From: Sarea resinae
Lineage: Eukaryota
Length of the DNA: 64,000 nt
Assembly (NCBI GenBank): GCA_026026165.1
Contig: JAPEUD010000010.1
Span: 310,001 to 374,000, forward strand
Direction: 5' to 3'
The notes under the pieces are model-generated. The model worked only from the letters and a program-made list of their open reading frames with translations, had not been told where the DNA came from and made no database searches. The stretch's first letter is position 1. The number at the start of each line of letters is the position of its first letter. The translations under genes and the position numbers were made by a program. Below, piece after piece: positions 12,552-25,596 of the stretch.

Positions 12552-13954
12552 ATGGCCACCTCACAGCCCGGCACACAGGCCGGCGCGCCGCCGTCGGCGC
12601 AATCCGAGCTGGCCTCGGCGACGGAGACGGCGTCCCAGACGTCGACGGTCAACATCGGCACGCGCAAATCGCTGCTGGCGCGGATCCAGGCGGACCTGGT
12701 GCGAGACTCGCTCAAGGAGGCGTGGCCGTCCAAGTCCTACGAGATCCACGCCATGAGCACCATGGGCGACAAGAATCAGATCGTGGCGCTGCATAATTTC
12801 GGCGCCAAGAGTCTGTGGACCCATGAGCTCGAGGCCGGCTTGTTGGAGGGCACGCTGGATCTGATCGTGCATTGCGTCAAGGGTTCGTCTGCTCTCTTTC
12901 TTTGTCTACGTTGGTTTTCTGGGGAGAGGGGAGGGGGGGGGCGCCGGTGGAGGGGATGTGGTTGTTGGACGGCAGACGGTACACGCCTACGCCCTGAGGG
13001 GATGGCGGTTTTTGAAGTCGATTCTACTCAATTGGCTCAAGGTCTTGCTCTGAAAGTATTCTGGAGAGGCGGAGAAGCAAAAACGGACATCAAGCTGACA
13101 AGCAAACCACGTTGCCCCTTCCAGACATGCCCACCCAACTCCCGCCGACCCTCCGCCTAGGCGCGATCCTCAAACGCGAAGACCCGCGCGACTGCCTAGT
13201 CATGAAGCCCTCGCTCGCAGCACAATACACCTCCCTAGCCTCATTACCAGCGGGCTCGATCGTCGGCACCTCCTCCGTACGACGCAGCGCGCAAATCGCC
13301 TCGCAGTACCCGCACCTGAAATTCGCCGACGTGCGCGGCAACGTCGGCACGCGGCTGTCGAAACTCGACGACCCGGCGGGCGAATACAGCTGCCTGATCC
13401 TCGCGGCGGCGGGCCTGCTCCGGCTCGGGCTCGCCGACCGCATCACGCAGTACCTCGACTCGCGCAATGGCGGCATGCTGTACGCCGTCGGCCAGGGCGC
13501 GCTGGGCATCGAGGTCCGCGAGGGCGACGACAAGGTCCTGGATCTGCTGGCCCCCGTCGCGCACTTGCCCACCACGTTGGCGTGTCTGGCCGAGCGCTCC
13601 CTGATGCGCACGCTCGAGGGCGGCTGCAGCGTGCCCATTGGCGTCGAGACGGAATGGGGCGGCAACAACAACAACAACAACAACAACAAGGCCGTTAACA
13701 CCGAGGACGCCAATAATGACAACAAGCGCTCCTCAAACGCCGACGACGAAACCGACGACGAGACCCTCACGATGCGCGCGCGCGTCGTCAGCCTCGATGG
13801 CTCGCAGGCCGTAAACGCGGCATCGAGCGCGCCCGTGCGCACCGTGGTCGAGGCCGATGCGTTCGGGCGGCATGTGGCGCAGCTCTTGATCGAGAAGGGC
13901 GCGGGCCAGATCCTGGAGAAGATTAATCTGAATCGCGGGATCGTGGATGCTTAA
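12552..13954 (+). CDS. HEM3: Porphobilinogen deaminase (hydroxymethylbilane synthase), ~386 aa
   Basis: Exons 12552-12882 and 13125-13954. Motifs: IGTRKSLLA, VHCVKDMP across the junction, REDPRD, GTSSVRR, VRGNVGTRL, AVGQGALG, and LEGGCSVPIG (cofactor-binding Cys). Confidence 0.97.
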
Positions 13955-14360
13955 GTAATGTGGTGTGTGGTGTGATTGATGTGGTGTGGTGGTGGCTTGT
14001 GTGTGAGGAGAGGGAGTAGAGCAGAGGTAGATATTGAGGGAGGCAGGTAGATATTGAGGCAGGCAGACCGACAAGCAAGGAGGCAGGGAGGAGAGGAGCT
14101 TGGTTGGTTGGTTGGTTGGTTGGTTGGTTGGTTGTAAATAAGGGGAATTCCCAAAACCAAAAACAAAAAGGAAAGAGAAAGAGAACGAGAAGGGAAAACG
14201 AGAAAGCGAACGAGGACAAGAAGGAAAACAACGAGAACGAGAAAGACAAATAAGAAAGAAGGATAGAACCACCCCTCCACCCCTTCACCCCTCCACTCCA
14301 CCCCTCGCCATCGCATAAACACAAGAACAATCAAGACAAAACAAAACAAAACAAAACAAA
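13955..14360. repeat. Compound microsatellite block: (GTGTG)n, (GGTT)8, (AAAAC)n, purine tracts
   Basis: Seen directly downstream of the HEM3 stop; (TTGG/GGTT) run at about 14101-14133. Confidence 0.9.
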
Positions 14361-15555
14361 CCCGTCTTACATCTGTGCTATACGAGGTATATCTGGGGAT
14401 ATAGATATATATAAAACTATACCAGCACCAGCACCTATGCGTCTAGAACAACTTTTCGACCTCTCAACGTCTCAACTTCTCAATCAACTAATCACAATTA
14501 TTCCCCGAATCAACGAATCAAGTTAATGTGAGAATCAGGCCAGGCCTGGCTGAGAGGGTCTTGTTGCTGCTCCCTCTTCTTTCGTAATGTACTGTGCTAT
14601 GCTGTATGGTGGCACCTTTATTGTACGGTACGGTAGTGTGCTGTAGTGAATCATATCATATCATATTATATCATATCAAAACACATTGTAACGCCCATCT
14701 GATAGCGCACCGCAGACGTGAAGAAAAGGAGAAAAGGAGAAAAAGAGAAAAAAAAAGCACCAATAGCTAACCCCCTGCCCTCCCATCCCACCCAATCTAT
14801 TGCCGTTGCGGTATTTCCTGGTCGTTTGTGCCATCCCGTACCATCTGGCCCTGAAAAACACCAAATACAAAACGCCGAGTGTATATGTCGAGGAAACTTG
14901 TCAGAAGACGCCGCCGCCACTGCCGCCGCCGCCGCCGCCGACCAACAGGCCTCTGTCGTTTTCTCGCTTGCATGTCCGAACTCCTGATGTACGAACTCCT
15001 GATGACTACCTCCCCCCCCCCACTTACACTAGGAAAGAGATCGATGAAACGAATGGAAAAAAAAGGTATATGAAACAATGGGGAAAATAGAGGGAAATAA
15101 ACGACGAGGGAAGAAAGAATGGATGATATACCAGCACGAAATGAGGCAGGAAAGAAAATAAAAGGGACCGAGGAAGGGGAGATCAGCAGGGGAAACAACG
15201 AGGTGGCGGAAAACAAAGAAGAAGACGTAACGAAGAAATAAACGGGACGAGAAGAAAAAGGATCGGTCTAATTCTCATTATAGACCCTGGCTAATCGAAC
15301 AAGGCAGGCGGACGTGAAGAGAGAGAAACAATTATATGCCCGTTCCTCGATGTCGCTGTAGAGCTGCTCCGTAATACGCCGGGGTGATCGGCCAATAACT
15401 GAGGCTTCCGTCTGCATCCTCAGCCTGGCGGTCATGGATGGATGACTTGTTTATCTGATACGAGCCAGACTCTACCTCTTCGGTCTTGCGGAAACATCGT
15501 GTTGTGTATGAAGAGGATATATCTAACCACGTCTTGTCGTCTCTGAGGAGTCTGT

Positions 15556-17269
15556 CTAAGCACTGCCCATCTCATGCCCTGTAGCAGTAGTAGGCGCAGC
15601 AGATCCAGCTTCGGATTCAGACACAGACTCAGGTTCGGCTATCGGATCCAACATCTGAATCTCCTTTGGGGAAGAGGGAGGAAGAGGTTCCGTCGAGCCA
15701 ATGTCCGCTGCTGTGTCTGCCGGTGGCTGGGACAAAGAAGGTTCTTGCGGCGGTCCCACCGGTCCCTGCTCCACCCCCTTTTCCGGTTCTCGCACCTCGT
15801 CAGGCCCGCTTTCCGGCCCCTTCGAGCTTGCTTCGTCTTTATCCTCCCTAAGCCATGCTTCCTCTATTTCAGGCTCTTTTTCGAGGGGCGATGCCGCCTT
15901 CTCCATCAACCGCGCCGCCGATCCCCCCGAAGCAGCCCCCTCTTCCGGGCCCTCCGACTCTTCGTACCAAGGTCCACCACTGCCCTGCGCGACCCACCCG
16001 GAAACCAGTTCCGTCGCCTTCTCCGCAAGCGCGTAGTACCCTGGGTTGTTCTTCGGTGAAAACATATTCATATGTGCCCTCATCTCGTCCGTAGCAGCAT
16101 CGTTCTGCGCCTTGAGGAAATACTTCTTGACCTCGCTCTTCGGCAGCGAGCAAAACGTTCGCTCAGACCCCATGAGCCCAGACGTCACGAGCGCTTTTCC
16201 TTGTGCAGCAGCTCCAAGCGTAGTATAGAGGTCCGTGAAGCCGAGACCGCGGTCCGATTCGAGTTTCGAGATGCGCGCCACGCGCTTCTTGAGCTCCTCG
16301 CCGCGCATCAGACAACCGACGAATTCGAGGTGTGAGCCGAGAAATGTCCAGCCTGCAGCGATCTGGTCGCGATTCATGTACGCGGCAGCACCACCGGCGG
16401 CAACGGCTCCCGCGGCGCCCGCAAACATAGCCACTTTGCCCCAGCGTTGCCACAGTGGTGCAGCGGCCGCATCGCCGGAGGAAGGAAGGGCTTTGGGAAC
16501 CTTGGCGACAGCCTGACTACTACTGCTACTCCCGCTCGAGCTCGCACCCCAGCCGAAGAGGCTTCCGACTTGTGAGATGGTGCTGTAGGCTGTTGAGGCA
16601 TTCTTGTAGTGTTCTTCGGCGCCGTGGGCGACGACGCTGGGGGCTATGCCTAGGTAGGGGGTGTCGAAGGCGAGGATACCTTGAATGTATGGGAACATGA
16701 ATAAGGAGGGCTCGGTGGAGTCTGAGACCGGTTGTTCATTCGCTATGGAGATGGTGGTGTCGGCTGCGACAATGCCTCTGTTCTACTGTTAGTCTACTCG
16801 TGTCTCTGGACACAAATGGCCCGAGGGGGCCAGTGTACGAACCCCATAGAATGGCCGACCAGGACTGTTCTCACGGATGGCTCGATGGTCGGCGACGGGG
16901 TGCCATTTTCGACCTCCATATCAATGACTTTGTTCTGGAGCCTGCCCCGCCATAGGTCATTAGCATCTACCCCACCATGGCTCTCACGGAGAGCCGTATC
17001 AAATATGAGAGAGCTATCATACCAGTTCTTGAATCCGGCAACGCACTCTCGCAAGTCTCCTTTCGTCTCGAACTTGGGATACGTGATCACCTCGACTTTG
17101 ACCTTCGGTAGCGCATGGCTGAGCAATGCACGCAAGTGTTCGGGGAAGCCGCCGAACGTATCATCGCCACCCTTGGAATCGCACTGTCAGTGGTCTGCAT
17201 TTGATTTGAGCAGTAAGTAAAAGATACCTTGAAGCCATGGATAAAGCAGAGCAGCAGCGTTTTCTTCAT
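15556..17269 (-). CDS. Alpha/beta-hydrolase fold protein (lipase-like GHSMG; DUF676/PGAP1-like)
   Basis: Exons 17269-17228, 17171-17023, 16941-16843, 16777-15556. Spliced: MKKTLLLCFIHGFKGGDDTFGGFP...VLVGHSMGGIVAA...GILAFDTPYLG...H(MNMF), followed by an acidic Pro-rich tail. Confidence 0.88.
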
Positions 17270-18568
17270 GCTAGGCAACCTGTCCTCCACATGAATATAT
17301 TGCGACAGTTGAAGTCTGGTCTGGCCACGACATGAAGCAGTAGTCGCCCTAGAGCTGCTGCTCGCTTGTGGCGGCCGCACGACGTAATAGCTCTCCTCCA
17401 TCATCTTGACTTCGCTGCCCACTTGCGACTCTCCAAAGATCTGCGAAGACGATGTTGAGGAAGACTGGAGAGACACTGTACCAACGAAGCCGCTCTGATG
17501 AGGTCGCCCATGAGGCGTTACGAGAACGAATCATCAATAGAGGCGGTATCACTCAATCCATGGATGCTAAGGAATGCTGTTGAGATGTCCACTTCGTGAG
17601 ACTGCCTGCCTCGTTCCTTCCTATACAAACAAACAAACGCGTTTCCTCGGAATAGGGGCACCATATGAGGAGTTACTACCCATCCGTAGGGAGACGTGTA
17701 TAATATAGATATGTCTACGCCTTGTCCGCGCTCGACTATGCGCAAGGACAGTCTCCTATTCTGACAGTTGCCATTCGGCATCTATCTTTTCTGATGGTCT
17801 TGCCGTTCATGCCAAATGATCAAAGGGGAACGTTCAATCATCTATATGTCTGTCTCTTCCAAGCATCGCAAAACAACCTTGATCTCAAAGATATTGCGTC
17901 TTCATTCTCGCTTGTACCTCGTGGCTCATGGCTTCTTCGACCGTGTCCTATTCCAAAGAAGACTGATGAATCGAGTCGAATATGACTCCCCTCCAAAAAT
18001 GGCCTTCCACTCCACGTCCATTCTTCTTACTCTGACTCCCGGCGAGGTAGTCCGATGTCTGTTATGTCTTGAACGCCACTCTATCATCTGGGAATCAGAT
18101 CTATAACTTACTCTATCACGCTGCCCGGCACTGCACCGCACTGCACCGCACAACACCGCCTGATCATTTCCCACATCTTCCGGATATTGCACTACCGTTC
18201 GTCATCCCCATCTCCATCTCCATCCTCATACTCACACATCTCTACCCGTTTCCGTCTCGATCTTTTACTTTCTTACCCACATAAATCGAGGCAGTGATGT
18301 TGCAGAGACAACCATCAAACTTCGAGACACTGCAACCATCTCCCCGGCACCCTGAGGCTCAGCTATTACTTCGCTTGCCGCTCCTGCGCCGATATAATCA
18401 CATAGAAGGAGACTACAGACGGCCAGAGCGGCCAATCGACCCAGCCCGAACAGAAAGACAGGATAGAGACTCGTCAACCGGACAAAATAAAAGGGCCACC
18501 AGCAGATCGCGCAGAGCCACTCTGCAACATCGCTCAGTGGCTTCACAGATTCTCGACAACCGCCTGAG

Positions 18569-18679
18569 ATGGAAATCAACCTTTACGCCCTGCCTCTAGA
18601 GCTGTCCACGTGGCCGATAGAGGATATTATTTTGTGGCTCTGCTTTTTCATCCTCTTGATCTGGGCGTTTGCTGTCTAG
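18569..18679 (+). CDS. Possible 36-aa single-pass membrane micropeptide (unsupported beyond hydrophobicity)
   Basis: MEINLYALPLELSTWPIEDIILWLCFFILLIWAFAV*, with a 17-residue uncharged C-terminal stretch. No family recognised. Confidence 0.15.
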   Translation: MEINLYALPLELSTWPIEDIILWLCFFILLIWAFAV

Positions 18680-19113
18680 GACCAGCAGAGTACCAATTAT
18701 ATCATAATTAGACACTCTGGCTTTTCTCGTCTTCAGCTGACATCGTGTTAATTGATGCATTGCGCGATCACATGACCGCAGCGATCAATACTGTACATGG
18801 TCAGCCCTCGACTGTGATGGTTTGTGTTGACAGTGCAATTCCTGTTGCAGGAGGGGAACTTGTATCTATTGAGGAATAGTTTAGCGCGGATTCTAGTAGA
18901 GGTCGATAGATGTGGGTTGGATGAAAGTTATCGTAGGAATAAAAAGCCTATAGTTCCTCTCAAGGCATTGACTTGGACTTGAAGCTCTAAGCACATGCAT
19001 AGACATGCACGTAACCAGCGAGGAAGTATGAGATCAAGATCGGGCGTGATGACAGTACCTAGCGCGAACGGTGGAGGAAAGATAAGCGGCAAACCAACGG
19101 TAGTGAGTATTGT

Positions 19114-19114
<1 letters not shown>

Positions 19115-19168
<54 letters not shown>
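19115..19168. repeat. (GAT)18 microsatellite
   Basis: Perfect run; it produces the spurious poly-Asp and poly-Ile ORFs in the track. Confidence 0.95.
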
Positions 19169-19171
<3 letters not shown>

Positions 19172-20316
19172 ATGCTGGAGACTGTATTCTAGGGAATATG
19201 GAAGAGGCAGTGCAAGGAAGTAAAGGCATTGAACGGCCCGGAGCGAATGGCTTGCGGTCCGTCCTAGGGCGAAGCCAGACAGAGGCCGCACAAGGTCACA
19301 GAGCTGGGATTGCATGAAACGATGAGCGAGCGAAGACGATTGTGCAGGACCAGAGCCGCATCGACGGGTTGCTAAGGCGGTGTGAGGGCATGGGAAAGGG
19401 CAGGTGCCACGCTGGCGATAGCAGCAGTGGAAGTGCTAGCCAACGTACCTCTACAGTGGTGCTGCGAATGGTCATAAAATGATGTTGGTGGTTTCTAAGA
19501 GCAGAGCATGCGTGCGATGATGTTCGATGGCATGCTACAGGAGCCAAGGGAAACGAAAGTGGGGGGCCATGTTGGAAGTGAGATGATCAAAAATTAGAGT
19601 TCCGCCAAGACTGACCAGCTGCGTGGAGGACCAAGCTGCAGATATGCATGTATGCAGTCCGAGGAGATGGTTCTGGACAGATGATTATTTGGCGAAGGAT
19701 ATTCGTATCGAGGAGCTCTGGAAAGAATGACGCTGCAGACTAGACCAATGAGAGAAGAGAGAAAGAAATCAGATTGAACCTGCAGGCAATAAATAATGGT
19801 AGCCGATGAACGACCAGAGTAAGGCGCCCAACGACCCCTCCCTGACAATAACATGTACCGTGGCAGCGGATATAACAACTCGGCAGACCAACCAGCCGGG
19901 AACCTATGGCGAACGCAAATCAAACAAGAGTCCAACCCGAACTGTCGATGAAGAAGATCCAATCTATAATCTCTGTCCGACGCCGGCTGGAGCGCTCCAC
20001 GTGCGCCAATGCACTTCCAAAATTACCAGATATTATAGCCCATTATGTAGTGTGTCCCTCACACTCTCTAACTCCGAACTCTAAGATCCATCGATGAGTT
20101 GAAGGGAAGAGGAATTCCAGGTGACTGCCCTCGTCGTAAATGGTGAAGCGTTCGAGACCTTCGATGACAAAATTCGTATGAGGTGGCGAGGTATGAAAGG
20201 TGAAAAGGATTGCGAGAGATGAAATATGGGGGAGAAAGATCGGGAACATGGTAGAAGACAGAGGGCTCCGTTTGCGTTATTGTGGTAGTGGTGATATTCG
20301 AGATGTGGCCCGTCTA

Positions 20317-20478
20317 TCATTTGCAGAGAGGGCATTTTCCCGGATAGACAATATACCGCTCGTGAGGGGCGGCCGCACACTTTCCATCCTTTGAGCCATC
20401 CGTTGAGGTCTTGAAGAAGTGTGCGCCAGGATCATGACAGACCGAGTAAATGTAAAAGTTCTTGAAGTATTGGCACAT
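20317..20478 (-). CDS. 53-aa Cys/His-rich microprotein, putatively metal (zinc) binding; not in the ORF track
   Basis: MCQYFKNFYIYSVCHDPGAHFFKTSTDGSKDGKCAAAPHERYIVYPGKCPLCK*, followed by a second in-frame stop (TGA TAG). A canonical 55-nt 5'-UTR intron lies at 20584-20530 (CAG|GTGAGT...GCTGAT...TAG). Confidence 0.78.
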   Translation of the reverse strand: MCQYFKNFYIYSVCHDPGAHFFKTSTDGSKDGKCAAAPHERYIVYPGKCPLCK

Positions 20479-21450
20479 GCCGAGGCGGATATGTTCGAAG
20501 CTGGCGACACGAAAATCGAGGATAGAGTTCTACATTGACATCAGCTCTGCTCCAAGAGCAAGTGACCGCAGGAGCTTGACTCACCTGGTCGACTAATCAC
20601 CGTGCTGAGTATCTCAGTGAATGAAAAATCCAGATGGCGTCGAGCTTTATGGCAGACATCCTGTGGTTGGATTAACGGCGTCGAGCTGCTATGCACGATT
20701 AATTCAATCAGACCCCGGCGACGTCAATCGTGGGTATCTCATGATGGATGGTCCATTCCTTCAATCGGAGCGAGATCAGGCGATGGTGCCCACGCCTCAC
20801 TCACTATAAGTTAGAGATTGTAGTAAAGATCAGAGCTTGCGTCAATGGATAATGGTTAATGCCCGAGAAATACGATTCTGTTGAACAGCAATCACGATGA
20901 TTGCCAGGCCTTCTCGTGTCCGAGCAGGCATCTCAGCATCCCCGGCCTGCCTCCCACACACATAACCAGGAGATACTGTTAGAGCAAGCACTGTATTTAC
21001 CAGGTTTCCCAAGATTCATGAGGCTTGAGCGGGAGCTGCCGCCAGGCGGCCGACGCACGGTATCGTCGCTCCTTTAGTCTGCTCGGCGTCATGGCCCAAG
21101 GGCAGCCCGAGCTGGTCGATAGTAGAGACCAGGGGGGAGGGGAGTTTGTCCACCCCAGCCATAGTCCGGGGGAGATCTGGCTGATTATTGCCGGAGGCCA
21201 GTCAGTGAGCTGTGCAATACCAACTAGTGCTGCAGACTCAATTGAGCACAAATCATGGGACAAAATAGATTTCGATATCCGACCAATACCGGGAATTGTG
21301 GAGCTATGCGGCATGGACTGGTGATGGGCGTAATTGGTAGTTGAGGGAATCATGATCAATAGAATAATTATTATGGGGATTAACATATTATTCACGCGGG
21401 GGGTTAAGGGTAAGGGTAAGGGGGGTGGTAAGGGGGTGGAGGGTGGAAGG

Positions 21451-21529
21451 TGGACAGTGGATGGACAGTGGACGGACAGTGGACGGACAGTGGACGGTGG
21501 ACGGTGGAAAGTGGACAGTGGAAAGTGGC
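21451..21529. repeat. Degenerate minisatellite of TGGACAG/TGGACGG/TGGAAAG units
   Basis: Tandem 7- to 11-nt units seen directly. Confidence 0.85.
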
Positions 21530-24506
21530 ATGAAAGACTGTACGAAGTAGTCTGTTGTCTGTCGTTGGCGGAAGGGCCTTCAAAACGGCCACGGGAGCGA
21601 CTGCCGGACCAGGGCAGGGGGCACGTCCACCCATTAGATTGCTGCCCCCTATCCAGAAGCCGAGAGAAGAGGGATGGAGGCAGGAAGGAGTGAGCGAACG
21701 GAAAAGGAGCTAGGGAGCTACCTGAGGGAGGAGGGAGCGAGGGAGCTAGAGATGTTCCTTCCCCCGTCTTTCAACGGTTACACATGCACATGTGCATCCA
21801 AAGTACTCCACAGTAGTTCAGTAGTTCAGTATGTAACCCAAGTGTGAGGTAGATGATTACCAGAGTCGTTCCTTGGAATTTACCAAGTTCCATCCCTTCC
21901 CTTACTCTTGACATACTCGTGATCCGTTACCGCCTTCGACCGCCTTCGACAGAACCCCGTCCGTCTCGTTCGGTATCGACCGCGCTTAAGCCCGGACGTC
22001 ATCCTCAGGCCAGACGCCAGCCAAATATCACATTGAGCTTCCCGTCGGAAGATCCATCGTCGCCGAGGCATCCCCATTGAGGAGTACTTCCTACCCACCG
22101 TCCAATGGATCATTCCGTCCATTCGCTATTACATAGCAGCCTACACTACTGCTCGGCGCGAGCATAGATTGGACGGTTAATGTGATGCATCTGGAGATAG
22201 AACGGAGCTATCATCGATTCATCGTCGAAAGCGAAAGGAGGACTTGGCTCATCTCGGCCTTTCCATTGCGCTGGATGGACCGATTGGTGGATTCCGGGAA
22301 GCGGACTCGGCGCAGGCCAACGTAAGAGGCGATCTGAGCGGGAGCGCGAGGACGTGGGTTGAACGTGAAGACGAATAACACCAGCCGATGGCCGGAAATC
22401 GTGGGATTGGGGTTTCAACGCCATCCCTGCAGCGGCAAATAGTGAGATCGTGATGTGTCTTTTCATTTCTCCAAGGCTGCTACGGTGTCTGTCTTTATGT
22501 TTGGGAAGCGCGCACAAGTGCATACGTGCGAGAGATCACGGAATAGATATTCGGGACGTACGTAAGCCCGGCGGTGATCTTGGGCTCCATGCCGCGAGCG
22601 CAAGCAGCCCAAGAGGAGGAAATTGGGAGGTTGGACGATCCTTGGGACGTCATATGGACTGGTCTGGGGGGAGGCAGAAGGCAGAAGGCAGAAGGCAGAG
22701 GGAGGAAAATGAACAAGTCGGGGTGTTTTGCCGACTCCAGACACGTCGATGCGTGTTCTCCAGAATCAAGATATCTACCAGTGAATAGCTCCCCTTCCAT
22801 CATGATTGGAGCAATGCACCGTGCTTCCGGCCAAGGCGCAGAATGCAGTTGCATGCAGGTGTAGTCACGGTGGTGAGCATTCTGCGCCTTGGCCGGAAGC
22901 ACGGTGGTGATGCACGAAGTATGAAGTACGATTGTCAAAAGATTCTTGTTCGCCGAATGCTTGAGCTGTTGCCTTTTGGATCGTGGCAGAAAGTAGGCAA
23001 CGACCGTTGAACTGCCGTGTCTAGGCGACCATGACCATGCAGTATCAAATGATGCGATACGCTCCATCTGGATTGATCAGGGCTGTATGGTTGCCCAATG
23101 CGGTAGTTGGATGGGATGCTGGCCGGTTCCGATTTTGATTTATCCTTTCGTTTTCGTTTTCGATTTCGATTTCGATTTCGATGCCCGATGCCCGATGCTC
23201 GATGCTCGATGCTTGGTGCTCGACGCTCGACGCTTGATGCTAGATGTCGGATGCTGGTTGTTTTGCTCAATGCATTGTCACGGGCTTACGACTTGATACG
23301 ACTGTGTATGCAGTTCTCCAGCTCACACTCAAAAGCAAGCGCGCTCTTATTGTGTTTCCTTCTCCCCCCGATTCCTTTCCCTTCCTTCCCTCTCCCACGC
23401 ACACTGCTGCATGCAGGCAAGGATCGAGCGGGGCAGACCGCGGATCAACAAAGGTTCCGACGCGTCGGAAAGCTCGAGGCAACCCTAAAGTCGCACAAAC
23501 CCTGCGACAAGCACAGACACCACGGACAAGCCGCATCAACCCTTCTTCGATCCGACTCGTCTGGTCTGTTCCGCGTCGAGATCCATGGCAGTGTGCCGGT
23601 GTGCATGCGCAGAGGACAGGGGTGGGCAGAAGGGTGCGACGACCGAGTAGGCAACCACTTACCACGTCGTCCATAAGACTACTCCGGAGGACGAATACTT
23701 CGAGTCCCCTCCTGGTGCATTAGGGCTTCGTCTTGATTGAATGGAATGGAGGACCGAAGCACTATGGATGTATGGCATCGAGGATGAGGAAAGGGGTGCC
23801 GTCGTGCATCTCACTTCATTATTGCCTCATCCGCTCCTCTGCCAGACCTCGACGACGTACTACACTACTACGTAGAGACATCATCTCCACCCGCACTCGG
23901 GGATGACTCCTTGAATGGCAATAGCAGATACTTGCTCGTCGTACCAGAAAGTAAGGTTAAATGCGAAACACTGCCGACTGAAGATCACGTCAAACACAGC
24001 AGCAGCGTTGTTGTTATCGTTGGTCGGACGACCACGGATGGCGCTTCGAATTGATTGATGGCAGCTGACTCATCCGAGTCTTGGCTGTGCCTCGGTGCAA
24101 AATTACGGCCGGCGATGCAATCCCATCACGTAGCCGTCGTACGGTGGCCCGTAGCCACCGCGAGACACGAGGCTCCTATTTTGACAATTCTCCATCTCCC
24201 TCTGAACGGACTGTGATTGTTGTTATCGCCTGTTCAACCGTCCTCCCCCTCCCTCCACCGCCCTCAACCCTCCCACTCTCCCGCTGTGCCCTGCAGTGCC
24301 CGTCATTCGCTACACCTACACTCGTTTCCAGTCCGAATCTCTTTCGCTGAATCCGTCTCGTCTCCTCTTCCTCGGCAGCCTCGTCCTTTTCCGCCTCGTC
24401 GCCAGGGCACCCGTGCCTCGTCTGCGTACCCCCCGTCAGACACCTCCCATCAGTCACCATCACCATCATCCGGATTTGCTTGTGAACCGCACACTCTACC
24501 GCCGCC

Positions 24507-25596
24507 ATGGGGTTCGGAGACTTCACTACGATATGCCACCAGGCCGGCGTGCCGCTGTGCTCTCTGGTGGGCCCTCCAAACGGCATCTCAGGCAACACGG
24601 GCATCGAGCCGTACTGCTACTCGCGCAACATCGACGTCGCCAACACCATCATCTTCCAGGGCGCCGCCAGCTTCATGCACATCGTGGCGCTGATCATGAC
24701 CGCCATTATGATCATCCACGTGCGATCCAAATTCACCGCCGTCGGTAAGTCTTGCATGCCAGACAAATTCTTCAAGGAAACCATATCTCTAATTTTCTTT
24801 CTTGTTACTATAAATAGGTCGGAAAGAAATCACCACTTTCTTTTATATCTTCATGGCGCTGACCATCTGCTCGCTGCTCCTGGATGCCGGCGTCATTCCA
24901 CCCCGCTCCGGTTCGTTCCCGTACTTCACGGCCGTACAAAACGGCCTCACCTCGGCCCTCTGTACCTGTCTCCTCATCAACGGCTTCGTCGGCTTCCAAC
25001 TTTACGAAGACGGCACGCGGCTCTCGGTCTGGCTCCTCCGGCTCAGCTCGCTCGCCATGTTCATCATCTCGGGTGCGGTGTCCCTGCTGACGTTTCAATC
25101 ATGGGGTGGCCTGTCCCCGACCAAAACCGTCGGCATGTTCGTGGTGCTCTACATCATCAACGCCATCTTCATCTTCGTGTACCTCGTGATGCAAATCGTG
25201 CTCGTGGCCAACACGCTGCAAGACCGGTGGCCACTCGGCAACATCGCGTTCGGGGTCTTCTTCTTCGTGGTCGGGCAAGTGCTGCTGTACGCGTTCGGCG
25301 AGAAGATCTGCCACGGGGTGCAGCACTACCTAGATGGCCTCTTCTTCGCAACCATCACCAACCTGCTCGGCGTCATGATGGTCTACAAGTACTGGGACTC
25401 CATCACCAAGGAGGACCTCGAGTTCAGCGTCGGCATCAAGCAGAACAACTGGGAGGTCAAGGAGCTGCTGCCCGACGACGACCGCCGGACCACGATGATG
25501 TACCACGACGGCACCAGCGGCGGCTCCGAGTACGCCAGCAGCGTCTTCCACCAGCCCACGAGACGCAACTCCAACTTTGGCGGCTATGCCTACTGA
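24507..25596 (+). CDS. CHS7: Chitin synthase export chaperone (ER, multi-TM), ~338 aa
   Basis: Exons 24507-24744 and 24818-25596. Motifs: LPLC-like VPLCSLVG, CYSRNIDVANTIIFQ, VRSKFTAVGRKEI, GFVGFQLYEDGT, HYLDGLFF, VMMVYKYWDSITKEDLEFSVG. Confidence 0.96.

Noticed and set aside
18293..18568. Frame upstream of the 36-aa ORF read as a RIP-inactivated pseudogene
   Set aside because: Four stops in about 90 codons is the random expectation, and the translation resembles nothing I recognise.
21451..23245. Short tandem arrays (TGGACAG; TTTCGA; GATGCTC) as CRISPR-like or mobile-element repeats
   Set aside because: They have no unique spacers, terminal repeats or transposase, and look like ordinary slippage repeats in a eukaryote.
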